Below, piece after piece: positions 48,671-59,718 of a stretch of 64,000 nt of DNA. Every line of letters starts with the position of its first letter. Positions within the stretch are counted from its first letter, which is position 1. Under the pieces are notes generated by a model. The model did no database searches. It was not told the origin of the DNA and saw nothing but the letters and a program-made list of their open reading frames with translations. This DNA comes from Candidatus Babeliales bacterium (GTDB lineage: Bacteria > Babelota > Babeliae > Babelales > JBFXEV01): the NCBI GenBank assembly GCA_050179755.1, contig JBFXEV010000001.1, positions 1,225,994-1,289,993 on the forward strand, read 5' to 3'. The translations under genes were made by a program, and so were the position numbers.

Positions 48671-48865
48671 ATGACTATGTTAGGTTTAATTATTGCCTTT
48701 GCAATACTTTCACTCGTTGCGGGTGTTTTAGGATTTACAACAGTAGCGGTAGGCTTTGCAGCAATTGCTAAAGTCTTTTTCTACTTGTTCCTTATCGGAC
48801 TTGCAATTTCTATAGTTATGTATTTTGTTCGCGGCAAAGACAATCGCCCGCTCAACAGACCATAA
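48671..48865 (+). CDS. DUF1328/UPF0391 small membrane protein (YtjA-like)
   Basis: AGVLGF..VA..FAAIAKVFFYLFL; SD AGGAG; start possibly ATG 48677. Confidence 0.88.
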   Translation: MTMLGLIIAFAILSLVAGVLGFTTVAVGFAAIAKVFFYLFLIGLAISIVMYFVRGKDNRPLNRP

Positions 48866-49052
48866 TTTTTTCTACAAATTTCTTGTAGAAAATTAAAAAA
48901 CTTAGATGGCTTTTTTTATATCAAAAATATATTAAAAGCCATTTTTGTTTAATCATTTTTAAAATGCAAATAAAATTGATGTTTGGCGCAAGATCATAAA
49001 TTCACACACAATCATCAAGGCAGTGGTGAAATAATAAAAATAACCACCATTT

Positions 49053-49883
49053 TTATTGTGGTTTTTTTTGAGAAGCGTACAAAATTTTTCGCACATCACG
49101 TTCAATGAGGTTTTGAAAATTCATTTCAAATAAATCAACGGAAAGCAATGGTATGATACGGCCAAGTTTTTCTTTAGTTTCTTGATCACACACTTTTAGT
49201 TTATCCGTGCGTAAGCACAAAACATCAAGTTGAAATTTTACTACCTCACCGGGCGTAAAACCTTTTTTATTTCTTAATTGAAGTAGTTTTTTGCCCTCCA
49301 TTATACGCCAATTGGTTATTAACCTAACAGCTTCTTCAAAGTCATCTGTTCCTTGCAGCCTATAATCAATATGATGGCGAGCTTTAACAAGTATAATTTT
49401 TACTAAATTTTCAAAACCAGATTCGGCTGCACTATGTAATGGGGTATTAAGAGATATAGCGGCAGGAAAAACCACTGATGCATCATGCTCCAAAAGCTGT
49501 ATTACAATATTGGGAGCGTACTCACTGCTGATTATCGCAGAATGTAGTGGAGTAGCAGATCCATGTGTAGTTGATGCGTTCACATTCGCACCTCGAGCCA
49601 ATAATAAGGCAACAACTTCATGTTTACCTGCTCCTGCTGCATAATGCAAAAAAGTTTCACCGGCAGCATTGCATCCATTAACCGGAATTGGCTTGCTTAT
49701 AATGCCACCAGCTAACTTACTTGCTACAAAGCTATCCCAGCCTTTGCGAATAAATATTGCGACCGATTCAAATTCTTTATCACTGAGCACCATTGGTTCT
49801 TTTGATACATCCATGGCATAAAGTAGTGAGCAGCACAAGATAGTAATAAGAATTATAATAGGGGAACGCATAAGACCTCTCAT
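49053..49883 (-). CDS. Secreted ankyrin protein
   Basis: GETFLHYAA, ATPLHSA, NTPLHSAA; ..LYA|MD. Confidence 0.88.
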   Translation of the reverse strand: MRGLMRSPIIILITILCCSLLYAMDVSKEPMVLSDKEFESVAIFIRKGWDSFVASKLAGGIISKPIPVNGCNAAGETFLHYAAGAGKHEVVALLLARGANVNASTTHGSATPLHSAIISSEYAPNIVIQLLEHDASVVFPAAISLNTPLHSAAESGFENLVKIILVKARHHIDYRLQGTDDFEEAVRLITNWRIMEGKKLLQLRNKKGFTPGEVVKFQLDVLCLRTDKLKVCDQETKEKLGRIIPLLSVDLFEMNFQNLIERDVRKILYASQKKPQ

Positions 49884-49936
49884 AGTGTCTACTATGAGTA
49901 TAACGATTTTATACGAAGTCTTACAATGAAATTTTT

Positions 49937-50755
49937 TTAAGAAGCTTCACTAACATTTACAGAACTATCTTGAATGCGAAAGCGCTCAATACCAATTGCA
50001 AGACCAGTGGTAGTATCAATACTAATGCACACGCCACACAGAATCATGGGGCCTTTATCTTCAACTTCAAACTTGACCGGCATTTGCATGCGCATGTTTT
50101 TGATAATAGGCTCTATTTGCATACCGATCATAGAATTGAGCGCGCCGCCCATGCCAAGATCACTAATATAAGCAGTGCCTAATGGCAATATGCGCTCATC
50201 GGCAGTTTGCACGTGCGTATGTGTGCCAACCACTGCGCTTACTTTGCCATCTAAAAAATAACCAAGGCCATATTTTTCTGAAGTAGCTTCTGCATGCATA
50301 TCAACCAAAATAATTTTAGTTTTTTTCTTGAGCAATGGCAGTATGGACTCGACCGTTCTAAATTGGCAATCTACAAGCTCTTTCATAAAGATGCGGCCTT
50401 GCAAATTAATCACCCCTATAGTATGCATACCAACGGTAAAAGTAGTGTATCCCTTACCAGGGCAACCGGGCGGAAAATTTGCAGGCCGCACTAAATCATC
50501 ATGCTGATCAAGATAGGCATTAATTTCATTGTGACGCCATATATGGTTACCAGAAGTTACCACATTAACGTGATGTTGTTTGAAAAAGTTCATAACCCGA
50601 GGAGTTATCCCTCTGCCTTGAGCACTATTTTCACCGTTCACCAGTACAGCATCAGCTTTAAACTGTTCACGCAAAGCATTAATATGTTTTTGAAACACAG
50701 CTCTTCCGGGAGCCCCTACTAAATCACCAAAAAAAAGAACCCTGAGTGTGCTCAT
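49937..50755 (-). CDS. ymdB: YmdB-family metallophosphoesterase (TIGR00282)
   Basis: GDLVG, NGENSA.GRG, TSGNH, DMHAEATSEK, GTHTHVQTADE; follows rny. Confidence 0.95.
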   Translation of the reverse strand: MSTLRVLFFGDLVGAPGRAVFQKHINALREQFKADAVLVNGENSAQGRGITPRVMNFFKQHHVNVVTSGNHIWRHNEINAYLDQHDDLVRPANFPPGCPGKGYTTFTVGMHTIGVINLQGRIFMKELVDCQFRTVESILPLLKKKTKIILVDMHAEATSEKYGLGYFLDGKVSAVVGTHTHVQTADERILPLGTAYISDLGMGGALNSMIGMQIEPIIKNMRMQMPVKFEVEDKGPMILCGVCISIDTTTGLAIGIERFRIQDSSVNVSEAS

Positions 50756-50762
50756 AATAACC

Positions 50763-52331
50763 TTACCGCGCGTATTCGATTGAACGCTTCTCGCGAATAA
50801 CGTTCACTTTAATTTGCCCTGGAAATGACATTTCTTTTTCAATAAGTCGCGCTACGTCACGTGCAAGAAGTGCTGCTTTATCATCATCCAAGAAATCTTC
50901 TTGTACAATAATGCGCAACTCCCTACCCGCTTGTAATGCATATGCTTTTTTAACGCCATCAAATGTTGCAGCTATTTCTTCTAGTTTTGCAAGACGCTTA
51001 ATATATGCAGAAAGCGTTTCACGCCGCGCTCCAGGCCGTGATGCAGAAATGGTATCTGCAATCTGCACAATTGGCGCATACACAGAAATAAATGGAACAT
51101 CATCATGGTGAGCAGCTATTGCATTCACTACAATATCTTTTTCGCCACAACGTTTTGCAATTTCCCCGCCAAGAATAGCATGAGGGCCATCAACTTCGGC
51201 AGTAATTGCTTTACCAATATCATGGAATAAACCAGCTCGTGCTGCAATATCACCATCAAGGCCAAGCTCTTGCGCAATCATCCGTGCAAAAAAGCCAACT
51301 TCCATGCTATGCGTAAGCACATTTTGAGAGAAGCTTGTTCTAAACTGTAATTTACCAAGCAGCGTCACCATCTCAGGATGAATCCCTTGCAAGTTAAATT
51401 CTAAAATAGCATTTTTACCGTATTCAATAATATTTTCATCAAGCTCGCGCTCGCATTGCATAACCGTTTCTTCAATACGCGTGGGGTTGATACGCCCGTC
51501 TTGTACTAATTTTTCCAAAGCTCTGCGTGCTACTTCACGCCGTATTGGGTTAAACCCAGAAATAGTTATAATTTCCGGCGTTTCACCAATCACAAATTCC
51601 ATGCCAGTAGCCATTTCAAGGGATTTAATATTACGGCCTTCTTTGCCGATAATACGCCCTTTCATTTCCTCGCTTGGCAAATGAACTACATTAGATGAAT
51701 GCGTGGATACTTGATCGGCAGTATAACGCTGCATTGCGCCCACAATAATATCTATTGATTTTTGTTTTGCAATTTGACGAGAATCTTCTTCTACTTTTTG
51801 AATCCACTTTTCATTAGAAAGTTTTACTTCACCATCAAGCGTTGCAAAAAGCTCTTTGCGAGCTTCCTCACGCGTCATATTGGCAACAGTTTCTAACTTA
51901 GTAATAAGTTCTGTATACAGTTTTTTGAGAGCTTGCTCATTAACGCGCAACTTATCAGCAGTATGCGATATTTGGCGCTCCTTTTGCTGCAACTCAGCCG
52001 CCAATTGCTCGAGCCTTATTTCTTTTTGATCAACGAGAACAGATTTAGCGTTCACCTTATCAAGTTGGCGCTCTGCATCAAGGCGATCACGCTTTAATTC
52101 AGTATCAAATTCGCTACGTCGTTTGCGTAATTCTTCTTTTAATTGCGCGAGCGAGTCTTTGCGTTCAAGTTCAATGCTTTTTTTGGCCCGTTCCCAAGTA
52201 TCATTTGCCTCATGCAAAAGTTTACTGGCAGCAGACCACTTAGATTTAGCAAGCCATAATAACCCAATGCTCAGCAGAATACCCATTCCACCAACCATCG
52301 CAATTATCTGGTAGATTGTCAGTATTTCCAT
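50763..52331 (-). CDS. rny: Ribonuclease Y
   Basis: N-terminal TM, coiled coil, KH (KGRIIGKEGRNI), HD (HDIGK), ISASRPGAR. Confidence 0.97.
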   Translation of the reverse strand: MEILTIYQIIAMVGGMGILLSIGLLWLAKSKWSAASKLLHEANDTWERAKKSIELERKDSLAQLKEELRKRRSEFDTELKRDRLDAERQLDKVNAKSVLVDQKEIRLEQLAAELQQKERQISHTADKLRVNEQALKKLYTELITKLETVANMTREEARKELFATLDGEVKLSNEKWIQKVEEDSRQIAKQKSIDIIVGAMQRYTADQVSTHSSNVVHLPSEEMKGRIIGKEGRNIKSLEMATGMEFVIGETPEIITISGFNPIRREVARRALEKLVQDGRINPTRIEETVMQCERELDENIIEYGKNAILEFNLQGIHPEMVTLLGKLQFRTSFSQNVLTHSMEVGFFARMIAQELGLDGDIAARAGLFHDIGKAITAEVDGPHAILGGEIAKRCGEKDIVVNAIAAHHDDVPFISVYAPIVQIADTISASRPGARRETLSAYIKRLAKLEEIAATFDGVKKAYALQAGRELRIIVQEDFLDDDKAALLARDVARLIEKEMSFPGQIKVNVIREKRSIEYAR

Positions 52332-52443
52332 AGCCTATCTTCCATTCATATATACTTAATACCACGCGGTTTTCCCACGCTCGATGCTCATGCGGCTCAC
52401 GCCTTTAACAAAAAAATGAACGAAACAAAAAGGCAATACTGCT

Positions 52444-52737
52444 TTATAGCTCTTGTTGAGATGGCAATGTCTTTTGAATCAATTCTATAAGCTGTAAGGC
52501 ATGATCATCATATACTTCTTGTGATGCTTGCCCTTCAAGAAACCTATGCGCCATTTGTAAGGCCACAAGCACGGCGGCACGCTTTTCATCCACTAAAGGC
52601 GTTTTTGTTTTCACTTCTTTTAAGGATGAATCTACAAGCGCCGCTGCCTGATTAATATAATCAAGGGGGCGATCACTGACCAATGAGTATGATTGACCAC
52701 AAACAATCACATCATACCGCTTTATTGCTTCACTCAT
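52444..52737 (-). CDS. zapA: Cell division protein ZapA
   Basis: V.V.GQSYSL, AAALVD, AAVLVAL; zapB-zapA-rny context. Confidence 0.85.
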   Translation of the reverse strand: MSEAIKRYDVIVCGQSYSLVSDRPLDYINQAAALVDSSLKEVKTKTPLVDEKRAAVLVALQMAHRFLEGQASQEVYDDHALQLIELIQKTLPSQQEL

Positions 52738-52988
52738 GGTTGCACTTCATTGCTTACTAAAGCATTAATATTTCTAATTAAATCATCCACTACTGCCTTA
52801 GTTGCTTCTTTTTCTTGATGTAATTGATCAAGCGCTTGTGTCTCTTGACGCACTGAAGATTCAAGAGCTTGAACTTCTTTTAAAAGCATCGCATTCTCTG
52901 CTTCCAGCGCTGCATTTGCTTTTTTTAAGTCATTCACCAACCCCACAAGTAGGGCGATTTTTTCTTCTAACAAGGTTAATGCATTCAT
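52734..52988 (-). CDS. zapB: ZapB-like coiled-coil protein
   Basis: LTLLEEKI..LV..LK..N..LEAEN coiled coil upstream of zapA. Confidence 0.7.
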   Translation of the reverse strand: MNALTLLEEKIALLVGLVNDLKKANAALEAENAMLLKEVQALESSVRQETQALDQLHQEKEATKAVVDDLIRNINALVSNEVQP

Positions 52989-53079
52989 GGTATCTCCTTT
53001 TTTAAGCGCTCGATTAGAGCTCTTTACCTGTTTGGTAAGAAACTATCTTACAAAACTCAAGATAGCTTCTTACACTTGC

Positions 53080-53109
53080 AGTATACTCATCTTGCAAATT
53101 GAGTGTCAA
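53080..53109 (-). promoter_or_regulatory. sigma70 promoter for zapB-zapA-rny-ymdB, overlapping the rplT stop
   Basis: TTGACA-18-TATACT on minus strand. Confidence 0.7.
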
Positions 53110-53465
53110 GAAGAGCGTCCTTGACCAGATAAAGTTACCAATTGCGTAAATATTGCAGGATCATAAATGGCTAATTGACTTAGCATTTTGCGATTTAAAG
53201 GCACTTGCGCTAATTTTAATCCGTGAATGAACTTGTTATATTTAGTGCCATTTTGCTTGCATGCTGCACTGATACGAGCAATAAACAATGCTCGCGTATC
53301 ACGCTTCATTAATTTACGGCTTTTAAAAGCATACGCCATTGCACGCATTAACGTTTCATGAGCACGCTTGAAAATATTTTTACGTTGGCCCCAGTAGCCT
53401 TTAGTTTGATCGAGTAGTCTTTTGTGGCGTTTCTTTACCACAATACCACGTTTAACACGTGTCAT
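53106..53465 (-). CDS. rplT: 50S ribosomal protein L20
   Basis: MTRVKRG, KGYWG, LFIARI, LNRKMLS. Confidence 0.97.
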   Translation of the reverse strand: MTRVKRGIVVKKRHKRLLDQTKGYWGQRKNIFKRAHETLMRAMAYAFKSRKLMKRDTRALFIARISAACKQNGTKYNKFIHGLKLAQVPLNRKMLSQLAIYDPAIFTQLVTLSGQGRSS

Positions 53466-53503
53466 CGTTTATATTCCTTCTAAATCCAGTTCATTATAAT
53501 AAA

Positions 53504-53698
53504 TTAATATGGCAACAACCATGCAACTACTTTAGCATCAGCTTTGCATAAGTAGGCAGCTTGTCTTAAATCGCGTTTGCGCTTACTTGATTTTTTACCA
53601 AGCAAGTGGCGGCGAAACGCTTGTGAATACTTTATCAAGCCGCTTTTCATTTTCTTAAAGCGTTTTTTAGCACTTGATTTTGTTTTTATTTTAGGCAT
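53504..53698 (-). CDS. rpmI: 50S ribosomal protein L35
   Basis: MPKIKTKSSAKKRF, RHLL.KKSSKRKR.LR, LLPY. Confidence 0.97.
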   Translation of the reverse strand: MPKIKTKSSAKKRFKKMKSGLIKYSQAFRRHLLGKKSSKRKRDLRQAAYLCKADAKVVAWLLPY

Positions 53699-53720
53699 GA
53701 ATATTATTTCCTATTAATAC

Positions 53721-54278
53721 TTACTTACTTTTAACAAAATAAACACGTGACCAAAAAGGGCCTTGTTTGGCTTCTTTTTCATGAGCAAAATTACCAACTT
53801 CTAGTTCACGAAACGTTTGTTCTACACGCTCAAACATGTCTGTACCACGCTCTTGCCGCGTAGTTATTTCACGGCCACGAAATTGAAGCGTCATCTTAAC
53901 ATGCTTGCCTTCTTTTAAAAAACTTGCAGCCTGTTTGATTTTGGTCTGAAAATCGTGTTCACCTATTTTTGGGCGTACTTTGATTTCTTTAACCTGAATC
54001 ACCGACTGATGCTTTTTAGCTTCTGTTTGCTTCTTTTTCTTTTCATACAGTAGCTTGCCGTAATCCATAATTTTGGTAACCGGCACATCATCTTTACCAG
54101 TTGGCGCAATAAGCACCAAGTCAAGTTCTGCAGCACGTGCTATGCTAATAGCCTCATGCAACGGAAGCACACCAAGATTTCCTCCATCTTGGCCAATTAC
54201 TTGCACCATGTCCGCCTTAATATTATTATTAATCGGCGGCAATTGTGGGCGTGGTTTTCTGCTAGTGTCGTTCAAAAT
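53721..54278 (-). CDS. infC: Translation initiation factor IF-3 (probable ATT start)
   Basis: LDLVLI, KIMDYGK..YE, VKEIK.RPKI..HD, FRGRE; in-frame ATT at 54278-54276, 10 nt after SD GAGG. Confidence 0.95.
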   Translation of the reverse strand: MLNDTSRKPRPQLPPINNNIKADMVQVIGQDGGNLGVLPLHEAISIARAAELDLVLIAPTGKDDVPVTKIMDYGKLLYEKKKKQTEAKKHQSVIQVKEIKVRPKIGEHDFQTKIKQAASFLKEGKHVKMTLQFRGREITTRQERGTDMFERVEQTFRELEVGNFAHEKEAKQGPFWSRVYFVKSK

Positions 54279-54291
54279 GATGCTCTTTCCT

Positions 54292-55356
54292 CTACGCTTT
54301 ATGTTGGCGTTCTTGGTATACTATCTGAATTCGCTCTTCTATTTTACGAGCAATGTCAGGATTATCACGTACATACTGTAATGCTTGCTCTCGCCCTTGC
54401 GCTATATTTTTGCCCTCAAATGAGAACCAAGCACCTGATTTACCAAGTACTTCATAGTGCAATGCTGCATCAAGCAAATCAAGTTCTTTACTAATTCCTT
54501 GGCTAAATATCAAATCAAGTTCCACCCGTTTAAACGGAGCTGCAACCTTATTTTTAACCACTTTAATACATACTCGATTTCCAAAATGATCTTCATCTTT
54601 TTTAAGTGAAGCAATGCGGCGTACTTCAATACGCATTGAAGAATAAAATTTCAACGCATTACCACCAGTGGTAGTTTCTTTAGGTGCAAACGGCATGCTA
54701 TTAATAGTTTGGCGCACCTGGTTAATAAAGATCAGCACCGTCTTAGACTTATGTACCACCGGCGTTAACTTACGCAAAGCCTGTGACATTAAGCGAGCCT
54801 GCAAGCCCACGTGCACGTCACCCATTTCACCATCAAGCTCAGCCTTAGGAACTAATGCTGCCACCGAGTCAATAACCACTATATCAATAGCGCCAGAACG
54901 AATAAGCATTTCGGCAATATCAAGCGCCTGCTCACCATAATCTGGTTGCGATATAATAAGATCATCTATATTAATACCTAAATTTGCAGCATAGACTGAA
55001 TCAAGCGCATGCTCTGCATCAATAAATGCACAAATACCCCCGCGCCGTTGCGCTTGGGCAATAGCATGCATAGCAAGCGTTGTCTTACCAGAAGCTTCTG
55101 GTCCATAAATTTCAATAATACGGCCTCGCGGAAAACCGCCTACTCCTAATGCGTGGTCTATCAAGATTGACCCGGTAGAAATAGTATCAACTGACATATT
55201 GGGAGTATCTCCCAACCGCATAACCGAGCCTTTGCCATATTGTTTATCAATCTGCGCAAAAGTGACTTCTAACGCTTTATTTTTTTGTACTATTTCTTGA
55301 TCAGTCGCCACGGCAAGGCCGGGGCTAGCTTTCTTTTCGACAATTTTTTGACTCAT
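54292..55356 (-). CDS. recA: Recombinase RecA
   Basis: [55 protein letters not shown]. Confidence 0.98.
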   Translation of the reverse strand: MSQKIVEKKASPGLAVATDQEIVQKNKALEVTFAQIDKQYGKGSVMRLGDTPNMSVDTISTGSILIDHALGVGGFPRGRIIEIYGPEASGKTTLAMHAIAQAQRRGGICAFIDAEHALDSVYAANLGINIDDLIISQPDYGEQALDIAEMLIRSGAIDIVVIDSVAALVPKAELDGEMGDVHVGLQARLMSQALRKLTPVVHKSKTVLIFINQVRQTINSMPFAPKETTTGGNALKFYSSMRIEVRRIASLKKDEDHFGNRVCIKVVKNKVAAPFKRVELDLIFSQGISKELDLLDAALHYEVLGKSGAWFSFEGKNIAQGREQALQYVRDNPDIARKIEERIQIVYQERQHKA

Positions 55357-55361
55357 GCTGC

Positions 55362-57308
55362 TTATGCTTTCGGTTGTAAATTGATCTGATCGCTTAATTT
55401 CAGTGTAGCATTTCTATATAAAGAAGCAACCAAAGAACGCTGTTTACGCGCTATTTCCTCTTGGTATAATTGCTGAGTAAGCGCCTCATTTTTTGCTTCA
55501 AACTGAGCCTGGTCAAACGGCTCAACTTCTGTAACCTTGATAATAAATCCATGCTGCCCTTGAGCAAATGCATCACTAGACCCCTTGCCAGCAAGCCCTA
55601 GGAGCCGCTCTGCAGGAACACCTGCTGCTGTTAGCTTTTCGATTTCAGCCTGGCTTTCTTGGGTCATTAAAGGCGTTTCCTTATAAGAACCCCCTAGCAT
55701 GCGGGCTACTTGCTCAATAGGCATTTCCTGCAGAAGCCCTGTTGCTTTTTTGAGATCTGCATCTAACAACCGCTGAGCTTCTTTTGCAAGAAAATCTTTC
55801 TTTACCTGAGCTTTTACTGTTTCTAATGCCGGTTCATGGCGCTTGACTACGCTGGTGACGTGCACTAACACGCCATTATCGCCTGCAAGGGCCGTTTGCC
55901 AATCTCCTTGTTTACCAGAAAATAAAGCTTTTATGATTGGCTCTTCGCCACGTTCAGCATTTTGGAGCGCTTGCTTTACGCCACCTTTTTGTGCAATAAA
56001 CTGGTTAATTGCTTGTACATCGCCACTGCGTGCTATCTGACGCGCTTCACGCTCAAATGCTTTTTGAAATTGAGCACGTTCAAGGCGTGCAACGATTGCT
56101 GGTTTTACTTCTTCAAATGATTTATATTGGATTGGTTTTCGTGCAACTCGCTGAATAATTTCCAAGCCATCATCTGTGCTGAAAATTTCAGAAACAGCGC
56201 CATCCTCTTTTAACGCAAAAAGAGCTTTACGCACTTCAGGGCTCAATTGCTCACGCGTTAACCAACTTGATAAACCGCCTTTGGATGCAAGGCTTTTATT
56301 ATCTGAATATTCTTTTGCAAGTTGTGCAAATTGTGCAGGATCTTTTTTTGCAAGCTCTTCTACTTTTTGCGCTTTCTCACGAATAGTATCAGTGATTCCT
56401 TCTTTAGGATCTTTTGCTATCGTAATTGATCTAATCTGAAATTGTGTAGGAGATTCCACATACGTATGTTTTACTCGTTCATATTGGGCTTTTGCTTGAT
56501 CATCAGAAATGGCAATGCCAAAAGCCGATGGTGCAAATTGCCATACGTCACCACTGCGTTTTTCTGGCTGCATATAACGCGCAGCTTCTGCCTTGAAAAA
56601 GCTTTGTAATTGTTCATCATGTACACCAGCAGCTTCTGCTTTCTTTATATATGATTCAAGTGGCAATGTAACAATGCCATATTTACGACCAAGGCTTGAT
56701 CGCTCATAAAGTTCTTGTAAGTCATTCGGTTCAATATAAACAGAGCCTGCAACAAGCCCCATAAGCGTGCTTGCACGCAATGCGCGCTCTACTGCTCTAT
56801 CAAAATCAGCTTGATGAAGACCTAATTGCGTAAGATAATGATGCAACGCTTCACCATTAATAAGTCCAGTACGTAAATCAAGAACTTCTACTGGTATCAC
56901 ATGTAATAAATTGTTTATGATAAATTGCGAATCAATCAGCTTACGTGCCACCAAACCATGATCAACAGCCAAGTGAGTTTCTCGTGCCGCTTGATCCATG
57001 AGCGTATCTTGCACTAATCCGTCATAAGCATTTTTTTCAGGATTATCTAGACCGAGCATGCTCAAATACATGTCAGCCTGTGGCCCCATACGCTGACGTA
57101 ACAATTCCACGCGATCACGCTCATGCTGTAAACGCCAAGCAAAATCTGTAAAACTAACTTCATCTCCATTTACTTGCACTGCTGCAGTGGATTTCATACT
57201 TCTTTCTAAAATAGCCGGTAGGTATCCTATAACCATTGCAATCATAGTAAGCCAGAGTACTATTTGCAAAAGAGTCTTTTTAAAACTTTTGCGCGTTTGG
57301 GTAATCAT
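55362..57308 (-). CDS. ppiD: PpiD-like periplasmic folding chaperone (SurA N-terminus + rotamase)
   Basis: N-terminal [18 protein letters not shown]...[18 protein letters not shown]. Confidence 0.82.
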   Translation of the reverse strand: MITQTRKSFKKTLLQIVLWLTMIAMVIGYLPAILERSMKSTAAVQVNGDEVSFTDFAWRLQHERDRVELLRQRMGPQADMYLSMLGLDNPEKNAYDGLVQDTLMDQAARETHLAVDHGLVARKLIDSQFIINNLLHVIPVEVLDLRTGLINGEALHHYLTQLGLHQADFDRAVERALRASTLMGLVAGSVYIEPNDLQELYERSSLGRKYGIVTLPLESYIKKAEAAGVHDEQLQSFFKAEAARYMQPEKRSGDVWQFAPSAFGIAISDDQAKAQYERVKHTYVESPTQFQIRSITIAKDPKEGITDTIREKAQKVEELAKKDPAQFAQLAKEYSDNKSLASKGGLSSWLTREQLSPEVRKALFALKEDGAVSEIFSTDDGLEIIQRVARKPIQYKSFEEVKPAIVARLERAQFQKAFEREARQIARSGDVQAINQFIAQKGGVKQALQNAERGEEPIIKALFSGKQGDWQTALAGDNGVLVHVTSVVKRHEPALETVKAQVKKDFLAKEAQRLLDADLKKATGLLQEMPIEQVARMLGGSYKETPLMTQESQAEIEKLTAAGVPAERLLGLAGKGSSDAFAQGQHGFIIKVTEVEPFDQAQFEAKNEALTQQLYQEEIARKQRSLVASLYRNATLKLSDQINLQPKA

Positions 57309-57325
57309 CGCATTCCTCTCTTAAT

Positions 57326-57943
57326 TTAAGCATTTTGTGCAACAATACGCACATCATGTAATTTTTCTATCTGTTTTATACGATCTACTAACGCCACTAA
57401 CTGCTGATGATCAGCAAATGGTTTAGTGACTACTTGATACCACGTTCTCTTTTTACCACCTGCCATGCGGCTTGTTTGTGGAGCAACCACTACTTCAGAT
57501 ACGCCACTATGTGCAAGTTTTTTAACAAACTGATTTGCATTACGTTGACTACCAAAACCAATCAGTTTTGCAACATACTGCTTATCTGATGCACCCGGCG
57601 TTGTAACCTGCTCTGCTGTTACTACTTCTTGCGTTTCTGATTGTGCGTCTTGCACACTAGAATCTTCAGAAGTCTCGTTACTCATTGCAAGTGAATCAAG
57701 CGGACTTGGTGCTGGTGCTATAGTATTCAATGCAACTTGCATTTTGTCAACGAGTGCCTCTTCAGTAACTGCCGTCATAAATGCTTGTGTTGCGTGCTTT
57801 TTCCCCCAAAAATACCCGGTTACAAAAATAAAGAGGCACAGCACGCTACTTGCTGCAACCATACGACTTACCGAAGTACGATTCAATGCAAGTACTGTTG
57901 TATCTTGACACGGGCATGGACCATCAAATGTTTTTTTCATCAT
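57326..57943 (-). CDS. SPOR-domain cell-envelope protein
   Basis: TM (FVTGYFWG), linker, YVAKLIGFGSQRNA..WYQVVTKPF. Confidence 0.65.
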   Translation of the reverse strand: MMKKTFDGPCPCQDTTVLALNRTSVSRMVAASSVLCLFIFVTGYFWGKKHATQAFMTAVTEEALVDKMQVALNTIAPAPSPLDSLAMSNETSEDSSVQDAQSETQEVVTAEQVTTPGASDKQYVAKLIGFGSQRNANQFVKKLAHSGVSEVVVAPQTSRMAGGKKRTWYQVVTKPFADHQQLVALVDRIKQIEKLHDVRIVAQNA

Positions 57944-58033
57944 AAATATCCTTTTTATGGTATATCATAACCAGTATTCAACCTATGGATGGCACCAGTA
58001 TAGCATCTTTTTATTCATCTGCCAGCATTTATA

Positions 58034-58987
58034 TTAAACCATTAACGCGCGCAATTTTTTGATCAACTGCTCAGCATATTCTTGCATGTTACGCTCAGAC
58101 ATAATAATAGTTTCTACTGGATATTTGTGCTCTTTTAATTTTTTTTCCAACATACGCCAAAATGTGCGTTGCCGCTTTGCGTATTGCCGCGTTCTTTGCG
58201 CAATGAATTCTTCAAGCATTTCATGCTCTTCTGGCCCCGGATCAGCAACCTCTAAAAATCTCAATATATCATCATACCCAATAATTTTTTTACGCAACAA
58301 AAATGGCTCCCACGGCGTACCTTTTAATGCTTTTACTTCATCTATCCATCCTGCCTGAAGCATCTGCCGCACACGCTTTGCAATGCGCATACTAAGTTCT
58401 TCTGTATCTCGCGTCAAAAAAATCATATGATATGGCGCCAATGGGTCATACGTGGGCACATATTCAGACGGCTTAATGCCGGTAATGCGCCAAATTTCAA
58501 GGGCACGTTTAATTCTAAAGTGATCGTGAGGGTCAATATGGCGTGCGCGCTCGGGATCAATAAAAGAAAGCTGCTGCCAAAGATCTTCACCTGGCGGTTC
58601 ATGCGTTACCGGCACTGCATCAACTTCCGCCTTTGGCGGAAAAAATAATGAAGCCAAATAAAAACTTGATCCCCCTACCACAATAGGCAATTTACCACGC
58701 CGCCAAATATTTTCTAAAATAATTTTTAAACAATCACGATATTGCGCTACCGTTAAATCGCGAGGTTCATCTAAAGTATCAAACCCATGATGTGGTATGT
58801 CACTTGCTTGCCAATCGGGCTTGGCAGTGCCAATAGAAAGAGGCGTATAACATTGCCCCATATCAGCGTTTACAATTTCTGCAGACAATGCGCGTGCAAG
58901 ATGTTCGGCAAAGTCAGACTTACCCACGCCAGTAGGGCCTGCAATAATAAGAAAATAAGGGTGCTTAAGCATAAAAAGGCTTTCCAT
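58034..58987 (-). CDS. miaA: tRNA dimethylallyltransferase
   Basis: GPTGVGKS, SIGTAKP, VGGSSFY, RIKRALE, TRQYAKRQRT; start may be ATG 58972. Confidence 0.95.
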   Translation of the reverse strand: MESLFMLKHPYFLIIAGPTGVGKSDFAEHLARALSAEIVNADMGQCYTPLSIGTAKPDWQASDIPHHGFDTLDEPRDLTVAQYRDCLKIILENIWRRGKLPIVVGGSSFYLASLFFPPKAEVDAVPVTHEPPGEDLWQQLSFIDPERARHIDPHDHFRIKRALEIWRITGIKPSEYVPTYDPLAPYHMIFLTRDTEELSMRIAKRVRQMLQAGWIDEVKALKGTPWEPFLLRKKIIGYDDILRFLEVADPGPEEHEMLEEFIAQRTRQYAKRQRTFWRMLEKKLKEHKYPVETIIMSERNMQEYAEQLIKKLRALMV

Positions 58988-59043
58988 TAACTGAGTATAC
59001 TGTTAAGGTTACCCTGCTCAAGAAAAGGTGTAAAGTATGAGTT

Positions 59044-59073
59044 AGTCCTGTAATAAACTCATGTTACAGGACT
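59044..59073. terminator. Hairpin downstream of carD
   Basis: AGTCCTGTAA..TTACAGGACT. Confidence 0.55.
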
Positions 59074-59084
59074 CGTTTGAAAAT

Positions 59085-59615
59085 TTAGATAGAAGTTTGT
59101 TTAAGTGGCAAAGTAAACACGCCTTGGAAAACTGATCGTATATATTCAAGCGCTTTCGCTTGAGGTGTTTGCTGAGAGATTGCAATTTCTTCTGCCAATA
59201 ATGTTTCGGCACGGTCAAGTAAGGTTTTTTCACCATATGAAAGCTCTTTATGAAGCTCAATATGCTTTAATTCTCGATACATTACCGAAATATCTTCCAG
59301 CTTACCCGACATTAACTTGTGTTGATACTCTTTATGACGGCGTGACCAGTTAGCGGCTGTTAACTCTGTAGCATCTTTTGTACGCGTGGGTTTTGCAAGT
59401 ACTGCAAAAACAGTTTCAAGCGTTTCGGCGCGCGTGATAGCTCGTAAACCTATAGTATGGGCATTAATAGTTGGAACAAGGAACGTCATTTCTTGGCTTA
59501 AAAATTTTAATTCATAAAATGAACTGGTACAACTTCCCATTTTTTTAACAATGATTCGGTTGACGAGAGCAACGCCGTGACCAGGATAGACTACTTTTTC
59601 ATACTGCTCAAACAT
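59085..59615 (-). CDS. carD: CarD-family transcription factor
   Basis: KVVYPGHGV, VP......GLR, NWSRR, LSYGEK..L. Confidence 0.92.
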   Translation of the reverse strand: MFEQYEKVVYPGHGVALVNRIIVKKMGSCTSSFYELKFLSQEMTFLVPTINAHTIGLRAITRAETLETVFAVLAKPTRTKDATELTAANWSRRHKEYQHKLMSGKLEDISVMYRELKHIELHKELSYGEKTLLDRAETLLAEEIAISQQTPQAKALEYIRSVFQGVFTLPLKQTSI

Positions 59616-59718
59616 GGCAAACCCTTTTATTTAGATACGGCACATTACCAATACCAAAAAGCAGTTTCCTGTACAAAACTAGTATACTCTCTTTATTACA
59701 ATATTTGAATTAACGCCA

